Shown here piece after piece: positions 37,445 through 47,323 of a DNA stretch of 64,000 bases (positions are counted from its first letter, which is position 1; each line of letters begins with the position of its first letter). Where the stretch lies: contig JBBSVN010000007.1 of assembly GCA_038046765.1 (NCBI GenBank), forward strand, positions 1 through 64,000. The letters are read 5' to 3'. Origin of the DNA: Candidatus Micrarchaeota archaeon. Its GTDB lineage: Archaea > Micrarchaeota > Micrarchaeia > Anstonellales > Bilamarchaeaceae. The translations under genes were made by a program, and so were the position numbers. The notes beneath the pieces were generated by a model. The model saw only the letters and a list, made by a program, of their open reading frames with translations, ran no database searches and was not told the origin of the DNA.

Positions 37445-37753
37445 TTATTTTCTTTCAAACGTTATTTGTGTTTTTTTCTCATTTTGTTGTTTTATTGCCC
37501 CAAGCACATAAAGAAGTTCACTTTCAGTTATCTTTCTTCTTAATTTGCTGTATGCCGAAATTATATTCTGTGCTGTTGCAAGGAATAATTCCTCGTTAAC
37601 GATTTTAACATTCATTATCCTTTCATATGCCTTTTCATCTAAGGCAATACGTAAAGTTGCCTTGATCTGTCCCTGAGCTTTTTTCGCTTCATTGGCCTTT
37701 TTTTGTTCTTCTAATTTTCTTCTTCTAATCTTATCTACGTTTTCTTCGTCCAT
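37445..37753 (-). CDS. PDCD5-like DNA-binding protein
   Basis: IRRRKLEE, LDEKAYERIMNVK, ITESEL; sits next to rps19e. Confidence 0.85.
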   Translation of the reverse strand: MDEENVDKIRRRKLEEQKKANEAKKAQGQIKATLRIALDEKAYERIMNVKIVNEELFLATAQNIISAYSKLRRKITESELLYVLGAIKQQNEKKTQITFERK

Positions 37754-37754
37754 A

Positions 37755-38225
37755 TCAACCAACGCGCACTTCTTTTGCAACGCTGTCTAATAATTTTCTT
37801 CCTTTAGCAGTAAGTTTTCTTCCTGAATATAAAAGTACTTCTTTTCCATTCTTGTTTTTAATTTTTCTTTCTCCTGTTTTTTCTAGTAATTGTGCTTTTT
37901 CAAGTTCCTGCATTGCCTTTCTTATTGTTGAACCACCTGCTCTGACGGTTCTTTCTGGCCTTCGGCCCCTTTTCTTTTTTCCACCATAGTGGGTTCGTAA
38001 TCTGTTCGTTCCAATTGAAGTTCTTACGTATGCCTGATGTAATAATGATGCACACCTAAAAAACCAGAAGTTTTCGTCTGCAGGTGGCCTTTGCTTTGCT
38101 GGGCCTGTTTTAACTATTCCAACGAATTCAGGTTTACTTAGTTTCATTTCTTTTAGCTTTTCTGCTGTTTTGCTAATTAATTTATTAGTTTCTACATCTA
38201 ATGCACTTACCAATGTTATCACCAA
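37755..38225 (-). CDS. rps19e: 30S ribosomal protein S19e
   Basis: VKTGPAKQRPP..WFFRCASL, LRTHYGG, GSTIRKAMQELE; exact start uncertain. Confidence 0.95.
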   Translation of the reverse strand: MVITLVSALDVETNKLISKTAEKLKEMKLSKPEFVGIVKTGPAKQRPPADENFWFFRCASLLHQAYVRTSIGTNRLRTHYGGKKKRGRRPERTVRAGGSTIRKAMQELEKAQLLEKTGERKIKNKNGKEVLLYSGRKLTAKGRKLLDSVAKEVRVG

Positions 38226-38461
38226 TTATATTCTTTCTAAATTTTGCAACTCGGGTTTATCCTCTAAATATGAAGCTATATATTATCTTACTAATAACAT
38301 ATTATTACTAAAAGTAATCAAAATTCACATTTATCACTAACCTTAGGACTTCTAGATATATAAAAAACGTTATTTAAATATTTGCTTTCTACCATATATA
38401 GTAACCTGGTCTATATTAAAATCTTTTATTTATGAATTAACAATATTTTTGTGTGAAACCT

Positions 38462-39112
38462 ATGAAAAAACTATTTTCTGGAGTATATAATATCAATGGC
38501 TTTATCGCTACCTTAAACGCAGTACGAGGTAAAAGGGTATATAATGAAAAGCTCATGAAAGAAGATGGGCTCGAATATCGGGGCTGGGATCCTTTTAGAA
38601 GCAAACTTTGTGCAGCAATCAAAAAAGGACTAAAAAATTTTCCAATCGATTCGAAAAGTAAAATTATGTATCTTGGTGCTTCAACTGGAACAACGATCTC
38701 ACATTTAAGCGATATTCTGCTTCAAGGTGAAATATTCGCTGTTGAAATCGCGTCACAATGTATGAAGAATCTATTAGAACTTTCTGAATTACGACCAAAT
38801 ATAATTCCAATCCTAGCTGATGCACGCAGGCCACAAGACTATGTCGAGGCGGGTAAGGTAGATTTGATTTATCAAGATGTCGCGTCTCCGGAACAGGCTC
38901 AAATCCTAATTAAAAATGCGCAGGTTTTTCTTGATACTGGCGGACTTGCTATGGTTGCCATAAAAAGTCAGAGTATCGATGTTACTAAAGAACCTCGGGA
39001 AGTTTTTGAAGCTTTTTTAAATGAAGTATCTGTTTACTTTGAAGTTCTTGAACAATTTGAGCTTGAACCTTTTGACAAGGACCATCTTTTTGTTGTTTTA
39101 AAGAAAAAGTAG
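38462..39112 (+). CDS. flpA: Fibrillarin-like rRNA/tRNA 2'-O-methyltransferase
   Basis: WDPFRSKL, YLGASTGTTISHLSD, NIIPILADA, YQDVA, LEPFDKDH. Confidence 0.96.
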   Translation: MKKLFSGVYNINGFIATLNAVRGKRVYNEKLMKEDGLEYRGWDPFRSKLCAAIKKGLKNFPIDSKSKIMYLGASTGTTISHLSDILLQGEIFAVEIASQCMKNLLELSELRPNIIPILADARRPQDYVEAGKVDLIYQDVASPEQAQILIKNAQVFLDTGGLAMVAIKSQSIDVTKEPREVFEAFLNEVSVYFEVLEQFELEPFDKDHLFVVLKKK

Positions 39113-39174
39113 TTTTTAGCTTTCTGAGACTTACATTTAAATATACTTAAGCACATTACATATAGGTGTAGAAT

Positions 39175-40053
39175 ATGAAAAAATGCGAATTCCTAGAGCT
39201 TAACTTACCTTCAGGCGTGGATCAAAAACCAGATCTATCACAGGAAAAGATCGATGATTTTCATCTTCCTGATTTTTCTAGAAATATCCCTGTCTCATTT
39301 AAACGGAGGGAAGAAAATGGTAAAATTACAACAGATTACATCTGGGCTAGCCCAAGCGAAGAGAATATAAAAATCAAAAAACTTGTATTATCTGGTTCCT
39401 CTTTATTAGATGGTCTCTATAGGATAAATCTTGAAAAAGAAGTTGAAATATTTACCTTAGATCATAACAAAGAAGCGTATGTGTTTCGTAAAACTATCTT
39501 GACAGTTGCTAATTCTCTTTTAAAAATGCAAGGCAGCTTTGGGGCTTTTTTCGAAACAATTGTTGGTTATATCCAAACAATTCGAGGTAATGTCTACATA
39601 ATAAGTAGATTAATAAAAGGGAGTTTTATCTTTGATCAAATGCTTAATTGTAGTCCAGTTAAATTACTAAAAAAAGAAATGCTTGGTATAATCGAGCGTA
39701 AAAAGCTCTTTCATTTAATATGTGAAAAAATTACTATACTTAATCTTTCTGGTTTGACTATTCCAGATTTTACACTAAATAATGTCGCGCTTACAAACGA
39801 CGATTTATTTATTTGCGATCTAAGGGGTCTTCGGTCAGTTAAGAAAAAGTCTATGTTTGTTGAACAATACAAATCACTTTTGCGATACCTAGTTGCAAAT
39901 GGGTTAGGAGACCGTGCAGATGTTTATGCTGCAACCAGTTATTACTGCGCCGCCGTTCCGCAAGCGTGCGAAGAATGGTATAAAGAAAAAAATAAGAATA
40001 AAAACAAAACAAGTATCTTCGATATAGCACTTAAAATTGAAAATGAAATATAA
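39175..40053 (+). CDS. Hypothetical protein with possible atypical (Kdo/Bud32/RIO-like) kinase fold
   Basis: PDFTLNNVAL..FICDL resembles the DxxxxN..D catalytic and metal-binding loops. Confidence 0.45.
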   Translation: MKKCEFLELNLPSGVDQKPDLSQEKIDDFHLPDFSRNIPVSFKRREENGKITTDYIWASPSEENIKIKKLVLSGSSLLDGLYRINLEKEVEIFTLDHNKEAYVFRKTILTVANSLLKMQGSFGAFFETIVGYIQTIRGNVYIISRLIKGSFIFDQMLNCSPVKLLKKEMLGIIERKKLFHLICEKITILNLSGLTIPDFTLNNVALTNDDLFICDLRGLRSVKKKSMFVEQYKSLLRYLVANGLGDRADVYAATSYYCAAVPQACEEWYKEKNKNKNKTSIFDIALKIENEI

Positions 40054-40065
40054 ATTGTGGTTATT

Positions 40066-40251
40066 ATGGGTATTGTAAGTTATCAGACTGTTGGGTATGG
40101 CATGATGCTTGCAGGTGGCATAGGGGTTCTAAGTACTTTTGCTCCTTCTACATTTGTTCCATCAATTGCACCTCAAAGCGCTGTTTTTATCGGTAGCATT
40201 GGTATAGCTGGTGTGGGTGGTATGTTAACTGTTCTTGGTGGAAAGTTTTAA
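40066..40251 (+). CDS. Small Gly-rich two-TM protein
   Basis: Hydrophobic, GxxxG-rich. Confidence 0.55.
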   Translation: MGIVSYQTVGYGMMLAGGIGVLSTFAPSTFVPSIAPQSAVFIGSIGIAGVGGMLTVLGGKF

Positions 40252-40336
40252 CTAATACTTTTTTATAAGTAAGCATATAACAATAATATTCTATTGATAA
40301 CTTAATTTTGAGTTTTCATATAAAAATCTATAAAAA

Positions 40337-40524
40337 GGGTTCATAGCTCAGCTAAGAGTTTTGTGCTAAATAAACAAAATTCTCTGAATTGGATTAGAGC
40401 GATAGCCTTCTAAGCTATAGGCCCGGGGTTCAAATCAGTTCTCAGTCATGCGTTTTGGGTTTTGGATATAATTTTCAAGACTCGAAACTGAAAACAGATA
40501 ACTGTGAATTTCCCCGTGGACCCG
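40337..40524 (+). tRNA. tRNA-Arg(UCU) with two introns: D-loop 40354-40389 and T-loop 40435-40510
   Basis: Acceptor GGGTTCA/TGGACCC; anticodon arm ATAGC-CTTCTAA-GCTAT. BHB1 is TCAG/CTGA with bulges CTA and ATT. BHB2 is TTCA/TGAA with bulges AAT and TTT; splicing restores CGGGG-TTCAAAT-CCCCG. Confidence 0.92.
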
Positions 40525-40621
40525 ATTTTTTATTTGCATACAAATAAAAAAAGCTAGTTAATCTTATTTGACTGGATTTTTTATCTATCCTACTTTAATA
40601 TTTTGTTGTCTAATCTTTTTT

Positions 40622-41212
40622 ATGGTTAAATTATCCCTTACGGATATTATTATAATATTCTTCATTTTGTCTTTTACCTTTCAAGTATTTAGTCCAGAAT
40701 ATCAAAACGCGTTTATACTAGATGCGCAAGTTGTCTTATTTGAACCGTGGCGATTTTTTACTGCTCTTTTTTTACACTATAATATTCTTCATCTTTTTGC
40801 AAATACCTATGCTTTATATATATTTGGAAACGCGCTCGAGTCAAAAATAAAAAAATCAGACTATCTAAAAATTTTCTTTTTGGGTGGAGTCTTGGTTTAT
40901 ATTATTCAATCTGTAGTTTATTCTATAGACGAAACTCTCACATTCAGGTTTGGCTTAGGTGCTAGTGCAGGCGTTTCTGCATTATTAGCATGCGCCGCAC
41001 TGGTAATACCGGAAGAAAAGGTCAAGGTATTTTTTATTGAATTCAAAACTAAAACTCTTGCTCTGGTCTTTTTCGCTGCTGAAATCATTTTGTTTGCAAT
41101 TGGAAACACAACGACAGATCATACTGCTCACTTGATTGGCGGATTGATCGGATTATTTTATACTAAATTGTTTATTAAAAAAGTCGAAGATAACGGGGGT
41201 CGAACAAAATGA
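40622..41212 (+). CDS. Rhomboid intramembrane serine protease
   Basis: PWRFFTALFLH..HLFAN, GASAG, AHLIGG. Confidence 0.93.
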   Translation: MVKLSLTDIIIIFFILSFTFQVFSPEYQNAFILDAQVVLFEPWRFFTALFLHYNILHLFANTYALYIFGNALESKIKKSDYLKIFFLGGVLVYIIQSVVYSIDETLTFRFGLGASAGVSALLACAALVIPEEKVKVFFIEFKTKTLALVFFAAEIILFAIGNTTTDHTAHLIGGLIGLFYTKLFIKKVEDNGGRTK

Positions 41213-41469
41213 ATATCGAACAAATGGAAGAAGAAATACTAAAAATCCAGGAACGAAACAAACGCGTTGAAATCGATAAATCCTGGGAAACTAGCCTATT
41301 TAGAAGAGGAATAATAACTGCGTCAACTTTCATTGTAGTTTATTTATTTCTTCTGACAATCAATGCTCCACAACCTGCTTTAAGTGCGATGATTCCTGCA
41401 ATCGGTTATATTCTTTCAACGCTTACGCTGCCATTTTTGAAGGGATGGTGGATCAGCACACAAAAATAA
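41209..41469 (+). CDS. Small membrane protein
   Basis: RNKRVEIDKSWETS followed by two TM segments. Confidence 0.7.
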   Translation: MNIEQMEEEILKIQERNKRVEIDKSWETSLFRRGIITASTFIVVYLFLLTINAPQPALSAMIPAIGYILSTLTLPFLKGWWISTQK

Positions 41470-41736
41470 CTATTTCTTTTCAATTTTCATATCTTGTTCA
41501 ATCTTTCTCCAGTCATCTAACAAATATTGCCAAAGAGTTTTAGTTACTGAATCATAAACAAGGTTAGTTTTAGCCGCAACTTCCTTTGGTCGGTCTATTT
41601 CGATTAGCGGGAAGCGATACATCCATTTAACATCTTCGCGAAATGGATTTCTTTCAATCGCGTAAAGTCTGCCGCGTTCCTTTTTTACCTTTTCGCAGAA
41701 TGTGATTACCCTGTCTATTTCTTCTTTAGTTACCAT
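41470..41736 (-). CDS. Hypothetical protein
   Basis: 88-aa ORF. Confidence 0.6.
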   Translation of the reverse strand: MVTKEEIDRVITFCEKVKKERGRLYAIERNPFREDVKWMYRFPLIEIDRPKEVAAKTNLVYDSVTKTLWQYLLDDWRKIEQDMKIEKK

Positions 41737-41803
41737 AATTAGCCCATAGTTATTTCTCGAGCAGTTTTTAACTATTTTCCTATATTACTAATCTGGTATT
41801 TTT

Positions 41804-44500
41804 ATGCGAATTAGTGTTATTGGTACAGGTTATGTTGGTTTAATTACGGGAGTATGCCTGGCAGACTTAGGCCATAGTGTTACATGTGTCGATGTCATAA
41901 AAGAAAAAGTTGACGTGATAAATTCTGGTGTTGCTCCAATTTATGAAGTTGGTTTAGAAGATTTACTAAAGAAAAACATTGGCAAGAAGTTAAATGCTAC
42001 GCTCGACTTATCTGGTGCGATTGCCAATAGCGAAGTTACATTTATAGCAGTTGGAACACCTTCAGCTGATGACGGATCAACTGATTTAAAATATATTGAA
42101 AGCGCTGCAACAGGAATTGGGAAAGCTTTGCGTAGTAAGGAAGTTTATCATGTAGTAATCGTTAAAAGTACCGTTCCGCCAAAAACAACTGAATTAGTTG
42201 GAAAAATCATTGAAAAAGAAAGCGGTAAAAAACAAGGCAAGGATTTTGGTTTAGCAATGAATCCAGAATTTTTAAGGGAAGGAACTGCGGTTTATGATTT
42301 TATCAATCCTGATCGGATCGTAATCGGTGCGCTTGACCAAAAATCTTTTGATGTAGTAAATGCGCTTTATTCGCCCCACTTCAAATGTCCCATTGTAAAA
42401 ACCGAATTACGAACTGCTGAAATGATAAAATATGCAAGCAATGCTTTTTTAGCTACAAAAATTAGTTTTGCAAATGAAATTGGAAACGCATGCAAGGCTT
42501 TAGGCATTGATACTTACGAATTAATGGATGCTGTTGGCAGTGATAAACGTATTGGAAGAGCATTTTTGAACTCTGGTGTTGGCTACGGCGGAAGTTGCTT
42601 TGATGCAAATGAAAAGATTTTTGTAGTTGATGATAAAGGTATCAGGGTTAAAAAAATAAAAGAAGTAATCGAACAGAAATCAGATAAATTTATCCTGGGT
42701 TTTGATAAGAAAACTAATCGAGTAAGGATATCTAAGATTACTGGACTTTTCAAAAGACCATATAAGGGTAAAATGGTCAAATTAAAATTAGGTAAAGGAA
42801 GAAAAATAACCATAACTGCCGACCATCCTCTTGTTGTTCAAGAAAATGGTGAATTTAAAATTGCATTGGCAGATTCTGTTGTGGCTGATGATTTTTTACC
42901 TGTTAGTCTTAATCTCCCTAATCAATCTTCTACAAAAATAGATGTTATAGATTTTCTATCTAAAAATGAAGAATTTAAAAACCATATTATGATCCGGCCA
43001 AAATCAGGTTCTTTTAAAGACATTAAAGATCAAATTAACAAAGAGTTAATTAAAATTGAACCTGTTTCTTGGAAAAGACATGAATCTGGTAGAAAAAATT
43101 ACATTCATTTTGAAGTATTTCTAGCTTTGGAGAAGGCAGGGGCAATGCCTTTTAATAGAGACGAAATTTTGTTGTTTACTAATCTGGGAACTCCAACCTA
43201 TGCTCCGGCAATAGTTGATCTTAATCAGGATTTTTGTAGGTTTATTGGTTACTATTTAAGCGAAGGCTGCGTTTCAGTTGACAAAAGTTTAAGGGGAAAC
43301 CGTCATCGTGAGAGGATCAAGATTTCCTTTAACATAAATGAAAATGAATATGTTGATGATGTTTGCTCTATTTTAAATAAGTTAAATGTCCGGAACGTTG
43401 TATATACTAGAGAGAAAAATCAAACTAAAGAAATTGTTTTTTCATCAAGAATCTTTGCATTTTTACTCAAGAACATATTAGAATGCGGTAAAGACTGTTA
43501 CGATAAACAAATACCTCCTCAAATGTTCTTTTTATCAAAAGAATGCAAAACTCAATTATTATCCGGACTCTTTAGAGGAGATGGTTCCGCAACACATAGT
43601 ACTGCCGGGGAATTAAAATATCCTGAAATTAGTTATGCAACAGTTAGTCCGATGCTTAGTGAAGGAATAACGATTATTTTACAGTCATTAGGAATAATTC
43701 CAAGCCGTTCTAAAATAGGCATAAGTAAAAAAACTAAAGTCCAAGCAGAAAGCATAAATATTTATGGTTTGAATCAAGTAGAAAAGGCCAAAGTTTTCTA
43801 TTCAAATAAAATTTTAAATAAGATAAATAATCAACTATTACAATATTCCAGACAAATTAGTCCAATGGATTATCATTATGATACTAATCACGAAATTGCA
43901 TATCTAAAGGTCAAGGATATAGAAAGTTTTGATACGGAAACCGAAGTTTACTCGATAGAAGTTGAAGATGAGGGACACTTAATAATAACAACTGGTGGGC
44001 TAATTGTGCATAATTGTTTTCCAAAAGATGTGTTATCACTAATTCATAGTGCAAAAGAAGTAGGTGTAGAAACTAAAATTTTAAATTCAGTGGTAGAAAC
44101 AAATGCGGTTCAGCCCTATAAAATAATTGAACTTGCTAAGAAAAAGCTAGGTTCACTAAAAAATAAAAAAGTTGCAATTTTAGGTTTAGCATTTAAACCT
44201 GATAGCGATGACATGCGTGAAGCGCCAAGTTTAAAAATAATAAAAAAACTTGTGGAAGGAGGTGCAATAATCAAAGCGTACGATCCAGTTGCGACTGATA
44301 ACGCCAAGAAAATGATTAAGGAAAATATCGAATACGCGAAGACGCTTGAAGAATGTCTTTCTTTTAGTGAAATTATTTTTGTATTAACTGATTGGAATGA
44401 ATTTAAGAACGAAGATATATACAAAGGAAAAATCGTTTTTGATGGAAGACATGTTTTAAACAAAAAGAGCGATCAAAATTACGAAGGAGTTTGTTGGTGA
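41804..44500 (+). CDS. ugd: UDP-glucose/GDP-mannose 6-dehydrogenase family protein, intein-containing
   Basis: GTGYVG, VGTP, KSTVPP, NPEFLREG, GYGGS|intein|CFPKD, AFKPDSDDMRE. Confidence 0.95.
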   Translation: MRISVIGTGYVGLITGVCLADLGHSVTCVDVIKEKVDVINSGVAPIYEVGLEDLLKKNIGKKLNATLDLSGAIANSEVTFIAVGTPSADDGSTDLKYIESAATGIGKALRSKEVYHVVIVKSTVPPKTTELVGKIIEKESGKKQGKDFGLAMNPEFLREGTAVYDFINPDRIVIGALDQKSFDVVNALYSPHFKCPIVKTELRTAEMIKYASNAFLATKISFANEIGNACKALGIDTYELMDAVGSDKRIGRAFLNSGVGYGGSCFDANEKIFVVDDKGIRVKKIKEVIEQKSDKFILGFDKKTNRVRISKITGLFKRPYKGKMVKLKLGKGRKITITADHPLVVQENGEFKIALADSVVADDFLPVSLNLPNQSSTKIDVIDFLSKNEEFKNHIMIRPKSGSFKDIKDQINKELIKIEPVSWKRHESGRKNYIHFEVFLALEKAGAMPFNRDEILLFTNLGTPTYAPAIVDLNQDFCRFIGYYLSEGCVSVDKSLRGNRHRERIKISFNINENEYVDDVCSILNKLNVRNVVYTREKNQTKEIVFSSRIFAFLLKNILECGKDCYDKQIPPQMFFLSKECKTQLLSGLFRGDGSATHSTAGELKYPEISYATVSPMLSEGITIILQSLGIIPSRSKIGISKKTKVQAESINIYGLNQVEKAKVFYSNKILNKINNQLLQYSRQISPMDYHYDTNHEIAYLKVKDIESFDTETEVYSIEVEDEGHLIITTGGLIVHNCFPKDVLSLIHSAKEVGVETKILNSVVETNAVQPYKIIELAKKKLGSLKNKKVAILGLAFKPDSDDMREAPSLKIIKKLVEGGAIIKAYDPVATDNAKKMIKENIEYAKTLEECLSFSEIIFVLTDWNEFKNEDIYKGKIVFDGRHVLNKKSDQNYEGVCW
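42596..44014 (+). mobile_element. 473-aa intein with LAGLIDADG homing endonuclease
   Basis: Begins CFDANE; block B ITADHP; FIGYYLSEG and LLSGLFRGDG; ends IVHN followed by Cys. Confidence 0.95.
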
Positions 44501-44506
44501 AAATAA

Positions 44507-46270
44507 TTGGTTTACATTCTAGGAATTCACAGAAGTCACAATAGTTCTGTATGCTTAATGCTTGATGGGGAAATCGTATCTAGCGTTCAACAGGAGAGAT
44601 TTGATAAGATAAAAAATTCCGGAGCATTTCCAAAAGATGCAATTGACTGGACTTTAAAATCTTCTAACATAACTGCAGAGCAAATCGATGCAGTTGCAAT
44701 TGGCGGATTGATAATTTTGCCAAGTAATGTTGACTTAACTCCGGGCGTAGCGACACCTGGAAAATCAAGCATTCCTATCTCAACTAAGCTTTGGCGCGAA
44801 ATTGATTTTAAACACCCCAATTTAAGACCATTTTTCTACCCTATGGTAATGCAAAAGCGGGAAAAACTTGGAGAAAAAGGGAGAGAAGAAGTAATCCAGA
44901 CACTAAAAAATTTATATAATATTCCAAAAGAAAAAATACATTTCGTAGAGCATCATGTTTGCCATGCTTATACTGCTTATTACGGGTTAAGGCAAAATCA
45001 AAAAAATGATAATAACTCGCTTGTTTTAACTTTAGATGGTGAAGGGGATAAATATTGTGCAAGCGTAAACGATACAAAAAATAATGAAATAAATCGTATT
45101 GCAAGTACGCCCTGGCACGCTTCCTTAGGTTATATTTACAGTCAGACCACAACCTTTTTGGGGATGAAAGCATTAGAGCATGAATACAAGGTTATGGGAT
45201 TAGCTCCATATGCTAAAAATTATTTTTTAAAGACTTATGAAAAACTCTATAAACATGTTATTGATGTTGATGGGAATTCACTAGAGTTTAAAAGCATATT
45301 TCCAACAAATCGTTTTATCGTTCATCTAAAAGAAAATGCATTTTGCGAACGCTTTGATAATGTTGCTGCCGCGGTTCAATACCTAACTGAAGATCTGGTT
45401 ACAAAATGGACAATTGCAGCCATAAAAAAAACAGATTGCTCCGATGTTTATCTTGGTGGCGGAGTTTTTATGAATGTAAAACTTAACCTTAAGCTTTACG
45501 AACTGGACTCTGTCGAAAATATCCATCCATTTCCTGGTTGCGGTGATGAATCAAATCCCTTTGGCGCAGCTTATTATGTTTACATTAATCATTTTGCAAA
45601 GCCAAGTTCAAGCGTTAAGCGAATAAAAAATCTATATCTTGGGCCAGAGTACTCAAACGATTATATCGAAGATTTGATAAAAAAGCGCGATTTAAAGTCA
45701 AAATATAAAGTTGAATTCCACAAAGACATGGAAGGTGAAATTGCATCGCTTTTAGCTAAAGGAAAAGTTGTCGCACGCGTTGCTGGAAAAAGTGAGTGGG
45801 GTCCTAGAAGTTTAGGTAATAGGGCAATAATTGGTAACCCATCTATACTAGAAACTTTCTATAAAGTAAATGATCAAATCAAGATGCGCGATTTTTGGAT
45901 GCCGTTTGCGCCAAGTATACTTAAAGAACGGGAAAACGATTACATTGAAAATCCTAAAGGAGTCGAAGCGCCATACATGATTTTGGCTTTCAATTCTACA
46001 AAATTAGCTCATAAAGATTTACGTGCTGCAATACATCAGGCAGATAAAACCTGTAGACCACAAATACTTGAAAAAGATTGGAATGAAAATTACTATAAAA
46101 TAATTAAACAATTCGAAAATGAAACTGGAATTGGCGGAGTTATGAACACGTCTTTTAATTTGCATGGCGAACCGATGGTTTGTTCTCCAGAAGATGCAAT
46201 TCATACTTTTGAAGATTCTGGTTTAGAATATTTGGCAATGGAAAACTGGTTAGTTAGTAAAAATATTTAA
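44507..46270 (+). CDS. NodU/CmcH-family O-carbamoyltransferase
   Basis: QERFDKIK, EHHVCHA, DGEGD, EYKVMGLAPY, WGPRSLGNR, MPFAPS, NTSFNLHGEP. Confidence 0.95.
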   Translation: MVYILGIHRSHNSSVCLMLDGEIVSSVQQERFDKIKNSGAFPKDAIDWTLKSSNITAEQIDAVAIGGLIILPSNVDLTPGVATPGKSSIPISTKLWREIDFKHPNLRPFFYPMVMQKREKLGEKGREEVIQTLKNLYNIPKEKIHFVEHHVCHAYTAYYGLRQNQKNDNNSLVLTLDGEGDKYCASVNDTKNNEINRIASTPWHASLGYIYSQTTTFLGMKALEHEYKVMGLAPYAKNYFLKTYEKLYKHVIDVDGNSLEFKSIFPTNRFIVHLKENAFCERFDNVAAAVQYLTEDLVTKWTIAAIKKTDCSDVYLGGGVFMNVKLNLKLYELDSVENIHPFPGCGDESNPFGAAYYVYINHFAKPSSSVKRIKNLYLGPEYSNDYIEDLIKKRDLKSKYKVEFHKDMEGEIASLLAKGKVVARVAGKSEWGPRSLGNRAIIGNPSILETFYKVNDQIKMRDFWMPFAPSILKERENDYIENPKGVEAPYMILAFNSTKLAHKDLRAAIHQADKTCRPQILEKDWNENYYKIIKQFENETGIGGVMNTSFNLHGEPMVCSPEDAIHTFEDSGLEYLAMENWLVSKNI

Positions 46271-46283
46271 CAGGTGAAAATTC

Positions 46284-47312
46284 ATGAAAGTTTTAATCAC
46301 AGGAGGAGCTGGATTAGTCGGAACCGAATGTTGCAAATTATTTGGAAAGGAAAACTGGGAAATAATTAGTGTTGATAATTACGGTAGGGCTAAAATATTT
46401 GGAGAGGATGCCCAGACAAAAAGTAATATGCAGCAAACAAGAAAAGAATATAATATTGAACATCATGAAATGGACATTCGAGATGAAAAAATTGGCGAGC
46501 TAGTCAAAAAAGTTGATGCAGTAATTCACACAGCGGCTCAACCATCTCATCCTAAATCAATCGAAATTCCGATGGAAGATTTTCAAATTAACGCATATGG
46601 GACCTTATTTATGCTTGAACAGGTAAGAAAACATAACAAGGATGTGCCGTTTGTTTTTTGTTCGACAAATAAAGTTTATGGTGAAGCACCAAACTATTTT
46701 TCATATAAAAAAGTTGGAAAAAGGTTAGAGCCGTACGATCCATCTTTAAATGATGGATTTGACGAATCACTACGACTTGATCGAATGATGCACACGCCCT
46801 TTGGCGTTTCTAAAGTCGCAGCAGATTTATACACGCAAGAATATGCTCATTTATATGGCCTTAAGACGGGGGTTTTTAGAATGGGTTGCATAACTGGTGG
46901 CGCAGCTAAGGCTACTGAATTACATAACTGGGAACCATTTTTCGTTAAAAAAGCGATGACTGGAGAACAGTTGACAATATTTGGTCATGAAGGCTATCAG
47001 GTTCGTGATGTTATTCATGCAGCGGATTTAGCTAAAGTATTTTATGAATTTGTCAAGCGTCCAAGACCTGGAGAAGTATACAATATGGGTGGAGCAAGAC
47101 AAAATTCGATTTCGCTTTTAGAATCGTTCGATTTAATTGAGGAAGTAACTGGAAAGAAAATGAATTACAAATTAGGGCCGGCGAGAGAAGCTGATCATAT
47201 TTGGTGGATTTCAAACATTAACAAGGCAAAGGCACACTTTCCACTTTGGAGTTTAAGAATTGGACTTAAGGACGTATTTGAGGATATTTATCAAGCACTT
47301 TCAAGAAAGTAA
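46284..47312 (+). CDS. NAD-dependent epimerase (CDP-paratose 2-epimerase-like)
   Basis: TGGAGLVG, HTAAQPSH, STNKVYG, FGVSK, GYQVRD. Confidence 0.85.
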   Translation: MKVLITGGAGLVGTECCKLFGKENWEIISVDNYGRAKIFGEDAQTKSNMQQTRKEYNIEHHEMDIRDEKIGELVKKVDAVIHTAAQPSHPKSIEIPMEDFQINAYGTLFMLEQVRKHNKDVPFVFCSTNKVYGEAPNYFSYKKVGKRLEPYDPSLNDGFDESLRLDRMMHTPFGVSKVAADLYTQEYAHLYGLKTGVFRMGCITGGAAKATELHNWEPFFVKKAMTGEQLTIFGHEGYQVRDVIHAADLAKVFYEFVKRPRPGEVYNMGGARQNSISLLESFDLIEEVTGKKMNYKLGPAREADHIWWISNINKAKAHFPLWSLRIGLKDVFEDIYQALSRK

Positions 47313-47323
47313 GCTGATCACAA

